Shown here piece after piece: positions 1-9,782 of a stretch of DNA of 40,338 nt (positions are counted from its first letter, which is position 1; every line of letters starts with the position of its first letter). Origin of the DNA: a virus (Duplodnaviria; Caudoviricetes); IMG/VR virus record IMGVR_UViG_3300044849_000020, positions 1 to 40,338 of that record; one strand, given 5' to 3'. Both the position numbers and the translations under genes were made by a program. Under the pieces are notes generated by a model. That model did not search any database and was not told the origin of the DNA. It saw only the letters and a list, made by a program, of their open reading frames with translations.

Positions 1-285
1 CGCCTCGTGGCGCCCCCTTCTCGCCCGCCTGTATAGCCTGAAGAAGCCGTTCGTGCCGGCCCAGCAGCACCCGGACCATGTTGCAGGGGCATCCGAGCGC
101 GCGGGCGACGTCGTAGGCGCGCATTGGTGACTGCTGTCAGGATCGAGATTTTGGGTCGCATGGTTATATCCTCCGGTATATAGCTTGCTCGAATCTGAGC
201 CCTTCCAGACAGGGGGTAGGTAGGGTAGGGTGGGCGAAGGGTCGAACGCCTCGTGGCGCCCCCTTCTCGCCCGCCTGTATAGCCT
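1..285. repeat. 39-bp exact direct repeat (1-39 and 247-285) upstream of terS
   Basis: CGCCTCGTGGCGCCCCCTTCTCGCCCGCCTGTATAGCCT occurs at both positions; the first copy is at the window edge and may extend further. Confidence 0.95.
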
Positions 286-339
286 ATTTTTGCTCTAGGT
301 GCTATACGCCCCAGTAGACAATTGGGGTAAGTGGCAGCA

Positions 340-597
340 ATGGCAAAGTTCGAGAAAGGGCACAAGCCTCTTGGCGGTCGCCCACCGGGCAGCAAGAACA
401 TCCTGACCAAGACGGTCAAGGAGAACCTCGTCGCAGCGTTCGAAGGCGCCGGCGGGCTGAAGGAATTCATCAAGTGGGCCAAAGCCAACCCCAAGGAGTT
501 CTACCCGCTGTACGTCAAGCTGTTGCCGACTGAACTCAAGGGCCCCGGAGAAGACGGTCGCCTCGTCATCGAGATTGTGCGGCTGGGAGACAAGTAA
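340..597 (+). CDS. terS: terminase small subunit
   Basis: F-x-KG...GGRP-x-GSKN N-terminal motif; directly abuts terL; ATG at 340. Confidence 0.8.
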   Translation: MAKFEKGHKPLGGRPPGSKNILTKTVKENLVAAFEGAGGLKEFIKWAKANPKEFYPLYVKLLPTELKGPGEDGRLVIEIVRLGDK

Positions 598-1929
598 ATG
601 CCCCGGGTCCGCCTGCCTAACATCACGTTGCGCAACTACCAGAAGCCGGTGTGGCGCTTCTACGAGGGCGGCGGACTCAAGGGCGTTTTGGCGTGGCACC
701 GCCGCGCCGGCAAGGACGAACTGGCGCTGTCCATCATCGCCGTCAAATCGCAGGAGAGGGTGGGCAACTACCACTGCGTGTACCCCTATCAGGACCAAGT
801 GCGCCGCGCCGTGTGGGATGCCGTTACAAACGGCGAGAACCGCATCGACAAGGCATTCCCACCGGCCATGGTCGAGCGCAAGCTGGACGGCCCGATGACC
901 TTGCACCTCAAGAACGGCAGCACGGTCAACTTCATTGGCTCGGACAACCCGAACGCTCTTGTGGGCTCGAACCCGCTGGGCATCGTCATTTCGGAATTCG
1001 CGCTGTGCCGGCCCGAAATTCTCGGCTTCCTGCGCCCGATCCTCGCGGAGAACGGAGGCTGGCTCCTGCTCATTTCGACGCCACGCGGCAAGAATCATTT
1101 CTACCGCATCATGCAGCTTGCCAAGAAGGAGCCCGGCTGGTTCGCCGAGGAATTGCCGGCCACCAGCACCGATGTGTTCACGCCCGAGCAGCTGCAGACC
1201 GAACTGCGCGAGTACGTCGCGCAGTATGGCGAGGAGCAGGGCACCGCGCTGTTCAATCAGGAAATGCTGGTCAGTTTTGCCAGCGGGCAACTTGGCAGCA
1301 TCTACGGCAGCTTGATCGAGCGGGCTGAGCGCGAGGGGCGGATTACCCGGGCGGCGTATGACCCGACCATCCCGGTCGTCACGGCATGGGACTTGGGCAT
1401 GCGTGACAGCACGGCCATCTGGTTCCTGCAAGTCGGCGCCGGGCAGGTGCGGGCGATTGACTATTACAGTTCCAACGGCCGCGGGCTGGATCACTACATC
1501 CACCTCGTGCGCTCCAAGCCGTACATCTATGCCGAGCACATCGCCCCACACGACATCGACGTGCGCGAACTGGGCAGCGGGCGCAGCCGCCGTGACATCG
1601 CATCCGACCTCGGGATCGACTTCACCATCGCGCCCAAGCTGTCGGTGCAGGATGGCATCAATGCCACGCGCATGTTGTTGCCTCGCATGTGGTTCGACAA
1701 GGATAACTGCCAGTCAGGGCTCGACGCCCTGATGAACTACCGCAAGGTGTGGGATGACAAGCGCGCAGCGTGGAGCGACATGCCTTACCACGACTGGTCG
1801 AGTAATGGTTCGGATGCGCTTCGCATGTTCGCGGTGAGCACGCCGCTGCTCACGCCGCAGGAATACAAGGCGCCTGATCGCTACGCAAGGCACCGCAAGG
1901 CAGGATCAGCGTCATGGATGGCCGCCTGA
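598..1929 (+). CDS. terL: terminase large subunit
   Basis: LRNYQ adenine-binding motif, Walker A HRRAGKD, Walker B-like GIVISE, ISTPRG coupling motif, RNase H-like nuclease AWDLG..D and HD..S...DA.R. Confidence 0.95.
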   Translation: MPRVRLPNITLRNYQKPVWRFYEGGGLKGVLAWHRRAGKDELALSIIAVKSQERVGNYHCVYPYQDQVRRAVWDAVTNGENRIDKAFPPAMVERKLDGPMTLHLKNGSTVNFIGSDNPNALVGSNPLGIVISEFALCRPEILGFLRPILAENGGWLLLISTPRGKNHFYRIMQLAKKEPGWFAEELPATSTDVFTPEQLQTELREYVAQYGEEQGTALFNQEMLVSFASGQLGSIYGSLIERAEREGRITRAAYDPTIPVVTAWDLGMRDSTAIWFLQVGAGQVRAIDYYSSNGRGLDHYIHLVRSKPYIYAEHIAPHDIDVRELGSGRSRRDIASDLGIDFTIAPKLSVQDGINATRMLLPRMWFDKDNCQSGLDALMNYRKVWDDKRAAWSDMPYHDWSSNGSDALRMFAVSTPLLTPQEYKAPDRYARHRKAGSASWMAA

Positions 1930-1934
1930 AAGGC

Positions 1935-2111
1935 GTGGTGGCAGTTGACTCACTCTCGCTGGAGAATCTGGAGCGGGCTGAACGCCTGATGGAAGAGCAG
2001 GGTATCCTGCCCGACTGCAGGTACATCCAGCATCCGGACAGCATGGGCAGGATCATCGAAATGGATTTGGAGACGCTGCTCTCGTGGGCACGAACGGAAC
2101 GGGGAGACTGA
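1935..2111 (+). CDS. small hypothetical protein
   Basis: Fills the terL-portal gap; start uncertain (GTG 1935/1938). Confidence 0.55.
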   Translation: MVAVDSLSLENLERAERLMEEQGILPDCRYIQHPDSMGRIIEMDLETLLSWARTERGD

Positions 2112-2114
2112 GCA

Positions 2115-4277
2115 ATGGCCGCTGAAGACAACATGGATTACGAGGATGCCGACGACCTTGCGCGGGAAGCCCGGAAGAACCTGCAGGAGTGGGAGTCCGC
2201 TTTCGGCGGATGGGTCGAAGAGGCGCGTGTCTGCTACGCCATGCTGCACGGCGACCAGTGGACCGCGGAGGATGAAGAGACCTTGCGGGCACAGCAGCGC
2301 CCCACGGTGACCATGAACCGCATCGCTGCGATGATCCGCGGCGTGTGTGGTCTCGAAGTCTCACAGCGGCAGGAAGTGCGCTACCTCGCCCCCGAACTGG
2401 GGGACATCGCTTCGACCGAAGTGCAGAACGCCGCCGGCAAGTGGGCGCGGGAGCAATGTGACGCCGAAGACGAGGAATCTGAAGCCTTCCGCGACCTCGT
2501 GACTACCGGGATGGGTTGGACCGAGACCCGCGTGGATTACGACGAAGACCCCGAGGGCAAACTTGTCGTTGAGCGAATCGACCCGCTCGACATGCGCTGG
2601 GACGCACTGGCCGTGAAGAAGGGGTTGGCAGACAGCCGCTGGCGGGCGCGGCTGAAGCGCATGACGATCAAGGACGTCAAGAGCATGTGGCCCGACAAGT
2701 CCGATGACATCGCGGCATATGTCGAGAGCACGGAAGGCCGTGACCTCGCGCCGCACGTCAACAAGGCCGGCGATCAATATGCGGATGACCATGAAGGCCG
2801 CCCGGTGCTGCGCGACGAGGCAGTGCTGGTGCAGTATCAATACTGGACCTACACCTTTTGGGCGAAACTCAGCATGCCTGACGGCCAGATTGTCGATATG
2901 CCGGCGGACCGGGCCGACCTGATGAAGCAGGAGGGCGTGCCCCTTGTGGAACTGCAGCGATTCCGCAAACGCGAATACCGGCAGGCCATCCTGTGCGGTC
3001 CTGTGATCCTCGAAGACGTCAAGCTGAATTGCAGCAACTTCACGCTGGTGGTGATGACCGGGGTGCGCGACCGCAACAAAGGCTACTGGTACGGGCTGGT
3101 GCGCGATATGGTTGACCCGCAACGGTGGGCCAACAAGTTCTTCAGCACCTACATCGACATCATCGCGTCCAACGCGAAGGGCGGCGTGATGGCCGAGACG
3201 ACCGCGGTGGAAGACCCGCGCAAGTTTGAAACCAGTTGGTCCAATCCTCGCGCGACGGTGTGGCTGAAGGCCGGCGGACTGGGCAAGATTCAATCCCGCG
3301 AGGCGCCGGCCATCCCGCAGGGCATCGGGCAGGTGATGGAGTTCGCCATCAACTCGCTGCCGCAGGTGAGCGCCATCAACCTTGAATTCCTTGGCACCAC
3401 GAACCGCGACCAAAGCGGCGTGCTCGAATACCATCGCAAGCAGTCGGTGGCCAATTCGCTCGCCGAGTTCTTCGCGGCCATGCGCCAGTACCGCAAGATG
3501 CAGGGCCGGGTAATGCTGGAACTCATTTATACCTTCCTCGCGGACAATCGGCTTATCCGCATCGTTGGCAAGGACGGCGAGCAGTACGTCCCGCTGATGC
3601 GGCAGGCCGATGTCAAGTACGACGTCGTTGTGGACGAATCGCCATCGTCACCCGACCGCAAGATGCAGACTTGGCTGGCGCTGGAGCAGTTGCTGCCCAT
3701 GGCCCTGCAGGCTGGGCTGCCGGTTCCCCCGGGCATTCTCGACTACTCCCCGCTGCCTTCCTCGCTCTCGCAGGAATGGAAGAAGATGCTGTCCGAGAAG
3801 CCCCCGCTGCCCCCTGAAGTCATGCAGCAACAGCAGCAGATGGGGGAGGAGCTTCAGCGCCTGCAGCGCGAGAACCAGCAACTCAAGGACAAGCGGCAGC
3901 TGCAGGAAGCCGAAATGGCCATGCGCACGCGGGAATCCGAAGCCAACATGGCGCTGAAGGAGCGCGAGGCTATGTTCGAAATGCAGCAGAAACAGCGCGA
4001 GGCCGAGTTCGAAATGCGGCAGGCTGAGCGCGAGGCGGAGCACGAACTCCGCCTTGCCGAATTCAAGGCCCGCAACGAAATTCGCATCAAGGAGCACAGC
4101 GCCGTGCTCGATGCCGTTGTGGCCGAGCAGCAAAACGACACCACGAAAGTCCGGTTCGAGAAGCAGAACGGAAAAGTGGTCCGTGTGACCGATGGCGCCG
4201 GTCGTGTCTTCGCCATCGAGCGCGACGAGAACGGCAAACTTATCGGGCTGCAGCCTGCAACCGAAACAATCCAGTGA
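2115..4277 (+). CDS. portal protein, P22-like, with long C-terminal coiled-coil barrel
   Basis: GDQW...RP..T.NRI, G.GW, YGLVR.M.DPQR..NK and YDVVVDE.P motifs; E/Q/R-rich helical tail; follows terL. Confidence 0.92.
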   Translation: MAAEDNMDYEDADDLAREARKNLQEWESAFGGWVEEARVCYAMLHGDQWTAEDEETLRAQQRPTVTMNRIAAMIRGVCGLEVSQRQEVRYLAPELGDIASTEVQNAAGKWAREQCDAEDEESEAFRDLVTTGMGWTETRVDYDEDPEGKLVVERIDPLDMRWDALAVKKGLADSRWRARLKRMTIKDVKSMWPDKSDDIAAYVESTEGRDLAPHVNKAGDQYADDHEGRPVLRDEAVLVQYQYWTYTFWAKLSMPDGQIVDMPADRADLMKQEGVPLVELQRFRKREYRQAILCGPVILEDVKLNCSNFTLVVMTGVRDRNKGYWYGLVRDMVDPQRWANKFFSTYIDIIASNAKGGVMAETTAVEDPRKFETSWSNPRATVWLKAGGLGKIQSREAPAIPQGIGQVMEFAINSLPQVSAINLEFLGTTNRDQSGVLEYHRKQSVANSLAEFFAAMRQYRKMQGRVMLELIYTFLADNRLIRIVGKDGEQYVPLMRQADVKYDVVVDESPSSPDRKMQTWLALEQLLPMALQAGLPVPPGILDYSPLPSSLSQEWKKMLSEKPPLPPEVMQQQQQMGEELQRLQRENQQLKDKRQLQEAEMAMRTRESEANMALKEREAMFEMQQKQREAEFEMRQAEREAEHELRLAEFKARNEIRIKEHSAVLDAVVAEQQNDTTKVRFEKQNGKVVRVTDGAGRVFAIERDENGKLIGLQPATETIQ

Positions 4278-4289
4278 GGAGAAGCAATT

Positions 4290-4748
4290 ATGGCAACTGG
4301 TGACACGAAGGTTTACCGCACCCACCTCGACAAGCAAAACGACGGCACGGCCGTTGTGGATTTCAACAGCGACACCGTGAAGATGATGCTGCTGAAGTCC
4401 AGCTACACCCCGGACTACACGACGGGCGACTACGCGGGATCATTCACGGCTAATCAGGTGACGGCCGGTACGGCGTACACGGACGGCGGTGTGACCCTTT
4501 CGGCCGTTCCGTCGATGACCGTATCCGGCTCATTCGCCATCTTCAAGGCAGGCACCATCAGCATCGCGCAGGATGCGGGCGGTTTCGCCACTGCGCGCTA
4601 TGGCCTGCTCTACAAGCGCGCGGCCTTGGGCACGCTGGCCGAGTCGCCGGTGATCGCACTGGTGGACCTTGGCTCTGACCGTGCCAACACCGCCGGGCCG
4701 CTGTTGATCTACTGGACCGGCAACAAGATCATCAAGTGGCAGTATTGA
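4290..4748 (+). CDS. putative virion structural protein
   Basis: GGAG RBS; D.DT.K.MLL...YTP and GT.Y..GG.TL pattern recalled from small proteins preceding phage fibre genes. Confidence 0.6.
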   Translation: MATGDTKVYRTHLDKQNDGTAVVDFNSDTVKMMLLKSSYTPDYTTGDYAGSFTANQVTAGTAYTDGGVTLSAVPSMTVSGSFAIFKAGTISIAQDAGGFATARYGLLYKRAALGTLAESPVIALVDLGSDRANTAGPLLIYWTGNKIIKWQY

Positions 4749-4762
4749 GGAGGAGGTGAACC

Positions 4763-5209
4763 ATGGCCCTGAACCTCAACATCTACCTGCTCGACAGTGC
4801 ATTGCGGGACATCCAGTCGAAGGCATCGACGGTTAGCGGACTGGCGCAGCACATCAAGAACAAGATCGACACTGGGCCGATTCGCTCGGAAGAAATCATC
4901 ACCTTGATGCGCCAGTTCCGGGTCGCCCATGATGCCCTCTCCGTGGCGAAGAATGTGCCCGGGCTGAATGCCTACGCGCAGCAAGAGTTCAACGACGCCC
5001 TTCTCGACTACAAGGCTGAAGTCGAAGCGGTCATGGCGCAGATGGTCTTGTGCTATCAGTGGGTCGATGCCAATTTCCCGAAAGACGCGAATGGCTATCT
5101 CCTGAAAGACAAGATCGTGAACGGCCTCATTGAGAACCGCGAATTCACGCAAGTGCAGACCGCGGGGCTGTCTGCTCAACTCGCCATTCTTCTCGCCGCG
5201 TTCGTGTAA
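4763..5209 (+). CDS. hypothetical protein
   Basis: Strong RBS GAGGAGGAGG; co-linear with the structural operon. Confidence 0.75.
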   Translation: MALNLNIYLLDSALRDIQSKASTVSGLAQHIKNKIDTGPIRSEEIITLMRQFRVAHDALSVAKNVPGLNAYAQQEFNDALLDYKAEVEAVMAQMVLCYQWVDANFPKDANGYLLKDKIVNGLIENREFTQVQTAGLSAQLAILLAAFV

Positions 5210-5225
5210 AAGGAGTTGAGCCGGC

Positions 5226-7481
5226 ATGGCTATCTCCTTCGACTCATTCAGCTATTTCGGTTCCCCCGGTGCGTCCACATGGACGACCAGCACGCTAACG
5301 TGGCTCCACATCCCTGCCGGTGCCCCGAAGGGCGTCGTCGTGGGTGTGAGCACGGGCCTCGCAGGCGCGGCGCTGGCCGACGAAGTTGTGTCGGTGACCT
5401 ACGCCGGTGTGGGCATGACCGAAATGGCGGCGAGCCCGGTGCTGTTCTCGCTGTCCACAGAAGCCATCGCCACCCATGCTTTCTTCTTGGGTTCCGGCGT
5501 CCCGGCGGGCACGGCTACCGTCGTCGTCACGACGTCGGGCACGGCGCTTCGAAAGGTGGGCTGGTCTATCGGCATCGCTGCAGATGCTGCAGCCACTGAA
5601 CTCCAGACCTCGCGCGGCGCCTCGGGCGCGACAGGCAGCACCTCCGTTACGCTCACGTTGGGCGGCAACACCTGCGTCGTGGGCCTTGTCGCCTCGAACA
5701 CCAATAACGTCAGTTCGCATGCTGCTCCCGCGGGCTGGACCGAGCGCGGCGACGAAGACATCGGGACCGATTTCGGGTATCACCAGACCTACAACACCGT
5801 CTCCAACGTGGACGTGGTGGCGTTCTACGACCTTGGCGCGGCGTTCACGGCGAACATCGCCTATGCCATCAAAGAGGCCGCGGCGGCGGGTGGAACGACT
5901 GTCACGGCGACGGCCGCCACTGTGCTCAGCATCGGCGGCACGGGGGCTTTGCTCTCGCCTTCGAATATCGCCGGCGCCAACGCAACCGTGGTGGCTGCAG
6001 GGCAGACGGCCACGATCACCGAGCCTACTGTCATCCCGGCAACCGCCGGTGTGGTCGTTGCCATTGGGCAACAGGCCACACTCGCCGAGCCCACCGTCAT
6101 TGCTGCAACCCCCGGGGTGGTCGTCGTCGCGGGACAGCAGGCCACGTTGCCCGAGGCCGCATCCATTCAGGCAACCGCTGGTGTGGTCGTCGTCACGGGG
6201 CAGCAGGCCACAATCGTCGTGGCCACCATCATCCCGGCCACGGCCGGTGTGGTCGTCGTCGCGGGGCAAACCGGCAGCATTGAGGAAGCCGGCGCCGCGG
6301 TGACCGTCATGGCTACGGCCGCGGTCGTCACGGCCGGTGGGCAGGATGCCTGCATCGACCAGACACAGGTCTTCAAGGCCCGGCCGATTTGCGACGGGGC
6401 CGACAACACCGCGGTGCCCAGTGTCGCAGGCGCTCACCTGTATGAAATGCTCGACGAGGAGGATTTCGACGACGCGGATTACGTGTCGTTCCCGGTTGCG
6501 CTCGACCATATTGGCAGCATTGACCTGAATTCGATCCCCGATCCGGGTATCAGTACCGGGCACGTCCTGCGGTTCAGGGCGCGTTCACTGGGGGCTACTC
6601 GCTGGCTGCTTGTCCAACTGAAACAAGGCGCCACGGTCATTGCCTCGAAGGTCTATTTCGATGGTGGCGATCCCATCACGGCGGACTGGGCGACTTACAG
6701 CATCTACCTCACCGGCGCCGAAGCTGACGCCATCACGGACTACGGTGACCTGAACATTTCGGCCTCCGACCTGTTCGGCGGGGCGCAGATCAGCTGGATC
6801 GAACTGCTCATTGAGCAGGCAACAAGTGTCGAAGCGACACCAGCTACGGTTGTCGTCGGTGGTGAACAGGCCACGGTGCGCGCGGACACGATCATCGCGT
6901 CGAGCCATGGGCTCGTTGTGGTCAGCGGCGAACAGGCCACCATCAGCGCCGCCGAGACCAACACGGTTGAGTGCTCCCCCGGGGTTTTGCTGGCCGCCGG
7001 GCAAACCTGCACCATCGAAGCGACCAGCGGGCTGCGCAGCCGGCGCCGCAAAGCCCGGTACACGACGCAGATCGAGCCGACAGCCCCGGTTGTACCCGGC
7101 ACGTTGCCTGTGGACCACGGTGCTGCGTTTGGCGCGCTCGCCCCGGCGCTGCCCACGCCTGCACCGGCTCCCGCGCCTCGCCGCCCCATCCTTACGCTCA
7201 AGCGCAAGCCTCCCGGCGAGCCGGCGCCGATGCCGCCGTTCGTCCACAACGTCGTGGCATTTCGCGCGGTGGTCAAGGCTGTGGACGGCCCGACCGAAGA
7301 AGACAAGATCACTGCGCTCATGGATGCGGCCGAGACCGAGCGGGCGCGTGGCCTTCTCGCCCGGCTGGCCGATGCCGTGCGCCATGATCCTGACCTCGCC
7401 CGGGAGCTTGTCAAACGGCTGGCTGACCTCGATGACGAGGAGGATTTGATCCGGTTGTTGCTTCGGCAAACCGCAGCGTAG
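5226..7481 (+). CDS. putative fibre/appendage protein with ~20-aa Thr/Val/Ala repeats
   Basis: RBS AAGGAG; beta-rich N-terminal domain; repeats PATAGVVVVAGQQATI; Pro-rich linker; acidic C-terminus DDEEDLIRLLL. Confidence 0.65.
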   Translation: MAISFDSFSYFGSPGASTWTTSTLTWLHIPAGAPKGVVVGVSTGLAGAALADEVVSVTYAGVGMTEMAASPVLFSLSTEAIATHAFFLGSGVPAGTATVVVTTSGTALRKVGWSIGIAADAAATELQTSRGASGATGSTSVTLTLGGNTCVVGLVASNTNNVSSHAAPAGWTERGDEDIGTDFGYHQTYNTVSNVDVVAFYDLGAAFTANIAYAIKEAAAAGGTTVTATAATVLSIGGTGALLSPSNIAGANATVVAAGQTATITEPTVIPATAGVVVAIGQQATLAEPTVIAATPGVVVVAGQQATLPEAASIQATAGVVVVTGQQATIVVATIIPATAGVVVVAGQTGSIEEAGAAVTVMATAAVVTAGGQDACIDQTQVFKARPICDGADNTAVPSVAGAHLYEMLDEEDFDDADYVSFPVALDHIGSIDLNSIPDPGISTGHVLRFRARSLGATRWLLVQLKQGATVIASKVYFDGGDPITADWATYSIYLTGAEADAITDYGDLNISASDLFGGAQISWIELLIEQATSVEATPATVVVGGEQATVRADTIIASSHGLVVVSGEQATISAAETNTVECSPGVLLAAGQTCTIEATSGLRSRRRKARYTTQIEPTAPVVPGTLPVDHGAAFGALAPALPTPAPAPAPRRPILTLKRKPPGEPAPMPPFVHNVVAFRAVVKAVDGPTEEDKITALMDAAETERARGLLARLADAVRHDPDLARELVKRLADLDDEEDLIRLLLRQTAA

Positions 7482-7522
7482 GCTCAACGCCCTATCTACC
7501 CTTTCCAGTAGGAGAAGACACC

Positions 7523-8464
7523 ATGGCAGACAATCTTCAGGCTTTTTTGGCCCAAACCAGCGACGAACCCGGCGACACCGACACGGGGGGCGTGGACCCT
7601 GCCGCCGCTGGCGATAACACCCCCGGCGAAGGCGCACCGGCCGCAGCGGCTGAAGGCGCCCCCGCCGCGGATGCGGAAGGCGCACCGGCCGGGGGTGAAC
7701 CCGAGGAGGTGGATGACACCCCGCCCGAAGGGCTCGACGCGCGTGGTCAGTCCATCTGGCGCCAAGAACGGGCACGCCGCAAGGAACTCCAGCGGCAGGT
7801 GAATCAGATGAACGACCGCTGGATGGAACTGGTGGGCCGACTGCAGCAGTCCCCGCCGCCGCAGCAGCCCCAGCCGCTCCCGGCGGAAGAAATCGAGATT
7901 CCCGATTTCGAGGATGACCCCATCGGCCATTTGCGCGTCAAGAACGAAATCCTTGAGCGCCAACTGAACGAAGTGAATCAGGAGCGTGTGGTCCGCCAGC
8001 AGACCAGTCAGCAGATCGCGCAGTTCCAGCAGCTTCAGGCCGGCATCGGCCAGATGGAAACCGCCTTCGCCGCGAAGCATGCCGACTACCACGAGGCTGT
8101 GGGATTCATGTACCAGAACGTGGCAAAGATGGCTACGGCCATGGGCTACTCGCCCGCGCAGGTGCAGCAGACCATCAGCCAGATGGCGATGGACATCAGC
8201 ATGCGTGCCCTGCAGGCAGGTCAGAACCCCGCGGAAATGGCTTACAACGCTGCGCGCAATTTGGGGTACGCAGGCCCCCGGCCCACGGGCAGCGAAACGG
8301 AAGAGCGCCACCCCGCTGCGCCCAAGCCCCCCACTTCCCTGTCGTCGGTGGCCGGAAAGCGCGCGGCTCCGGGCACCATGCCGTCATGGGACACCGTGGC
8401 AAAAATGAGCGACGAGGAATTCGACAAATTGTGGCAGGACATGGAGCGGAGTTCGTCTCATTAA
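7523..8464 (+). CDS. capsid scaffolding protein
   Basis: Acidic low-complexity N-terminus, coiled coil, C-terminal KMSDEEF motif; directly upstream of the capsid gene. Confidence 0.85.
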   Translation: MADNLQAFLAQTSDEPGDTDTGGVDPAAAGDNTPGEGAPAAAAEGAPAADAEGAPAGGEPEEVDDTPPEGLDARGQSIWRQERARRKELQRQVNQMNDRWMELVGRLQQSPPPQQPQPLPAEEIEIPDFEDDPIGHLRVKNEILERQLNEVNQERVVRQQTSQQIAQFQQLQAGIGQMETAFAAKHADYHEAVGFMYQNVAKMATAMGYSPAQVQQTISQMAMDISMRALQAGQNPAEMAYNAARNLGYAGPRPTGSETEERHPAAPKPPTSLSSVAGKRAAPGTMPSWDTVAKMSDEEFDKLWQDMERSSSH

Positions 8465-8467
8465 CCC

Positions 8468-8496
8468 TTGCCTAGCTTTCGGCAATCCCCTATAAG
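8468..8496 (+). promoter_or_regulatory. sigma70-like promoter for the capsid gene
   Basis: TTGCCT-17 bp-TATAAG. Confidence 0.5.
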
Positions 8497-8504
8497 GGCA
8501 GCAT

Positions 8505-8670
8505 TCGCCGCGTGGGCGGCGTAAAACAGACCCACGGGGATGCTGGCCCTACCCCTCCCTTCCAAAGAGACCAGCCTCGGTTCCGCCTTCTCCGTTCAAA
8601 GAAGCGATTCGTGCTCTACCGGCGTTACTGGTGGAAAGTGAAATCGCGCTCGGCTGCACGCCGAGTACCT
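8505..8670 (+). promoter_or_regulatory. structured 5' leader of capsid mRNA (five hairpins)
   Basis: Stems 8511-16/8531-36, 8542-46/8571-75, 8587-91/8600-04, 8616-22/8628-34, 8649-54/8660-65. Confidence 0.5.
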
Positions 8671-8695
8671 AGCACCACAACATAGGAGAAGGATC

Positions 8696-9754
8696 ATGGC
8701 GGACACTAGCTATGGCGTAAATCACCCGCTCGCAGTGAAACTGTGGAGCAAGAAGCTGTTCCACGAATCCCTGAAATCGACCTATTTCGGTCGCTTCATG
8801 GGCACTGGCTCGGATAACCTCATTCAGATCAAGTCCGAGACGTCGAAAAGCGCCGGAGACAAGATCACGTTTGGCCTGCGCATGCAGCTGGCCGGGGCAG
8901 GCGTGGCCGGCGACGACACGCTGGAAGGCAACGAAGAATCGCTGGTTACCTACAATGATGCCGTCTACATCGACCAGCTGCGCCATGCAGTGGTCTCGGG
9001 CGGCAAAATGTCGGAGCAGCGCGTTCCGTTCAGCGTTCGGGAAGAAGCCCGCATGGGCCTGCAGGACTGGTTCGCCGGCCGGTTCGACACCGCAATGTTC
9101 AATCAACTGGCTGGGCGTTCGGACCTGACTGACACCCGCTACACCGGTTCGCAGGTTCCCACGGCGCCCACCCTGTCCCTCGTGGGTGGCGGCGAGGGCA
9201 CCGAGGCGTCCCTGTCGGCCACCACGACCCACAGCCTTACCCTGCGCATGCTGGACAAGTGCGTGGCGCGGGCCAAGACCCTGAGCCCGATGATCCGTCC
9301 GATCATGATCGGCGGCAAACCGCACTACGTGGCTTTTATCCACCCGAATGACACCTACCAGCTTCGCGGGCAGACTTCGGCGGGCCAGTGGGCGGACATC
9401 CAGCGCGCCGCGATGGAAGGGGGCAAGATCAGCGACAACCCCATCTTCACGGGCGCATTGGGCGTTTACAACGGCGTGATCCTGCACGAGTCAGCGTATA
9501 TCCCCAACACGGTCGATGTGGCTGCGGGCAACACCGACTATCGCCGCAATATCTTCTGTGGCGCACAGGCGGGGGCAATCGCGTTCGGTCAGGGCCACAG
9601 CGTCAACAAGATGAAGTGGGACGAAGAACTCTTCGACTACGGGAACAAGCTGGGCGTCTCCGCGGGCACGCAGTACGGCCTGAAGAAGACAGTGTTCAAC
9701 GGCGCCGACTTCGCGGTTATCACGCTCCCGGTCTACTCGCCCACCCCGGCGTGA
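8696..9754 (+). CDS. major capsid protein, N4-gp56/DUF4043 family
   Basis: VKLWSKKLF, GD.ITF.L...L.G.GV.GD..LEGNEE.L, IDQLRHAV, NPIFTGALG.YNGV and CGAQA motifs. Confidence 0.93.
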   Translation: MADTSYGVNHPLAVKLWSKKLFHESLKSTYFGRFMGTGSDNLIQIKSETSKSAGDKITFGLRMQLAGAGVAGDDTLEGNEESLVTYNDAVYIDQLRHAVVSGGKMSEQRVPFSVREEARMGLQDWFAGRFDTAMFNQLAGRSDLTDTRYTGSQVPTAPTLSLVGGGEGTEASLSATTTHSLTLRMLDKCVARAKTLSPMIRPIMIGGKPHYVAFIHPNDTYQLRGQTSAGQWADIQRAAMEGGKISDNPIFTGALGVYNGVILHESAYIPNTVDVAAGNTDYRRNIFCGAQAGAIAFGQGHSVNKMKWDEELFDYGNKLGVSAGTQYGLKKTVFNGADFAVITLPVYSPTPA

Positions 9755-9782
9755 TTCCGGCCTGAATTGAGGAGAACGTAAC

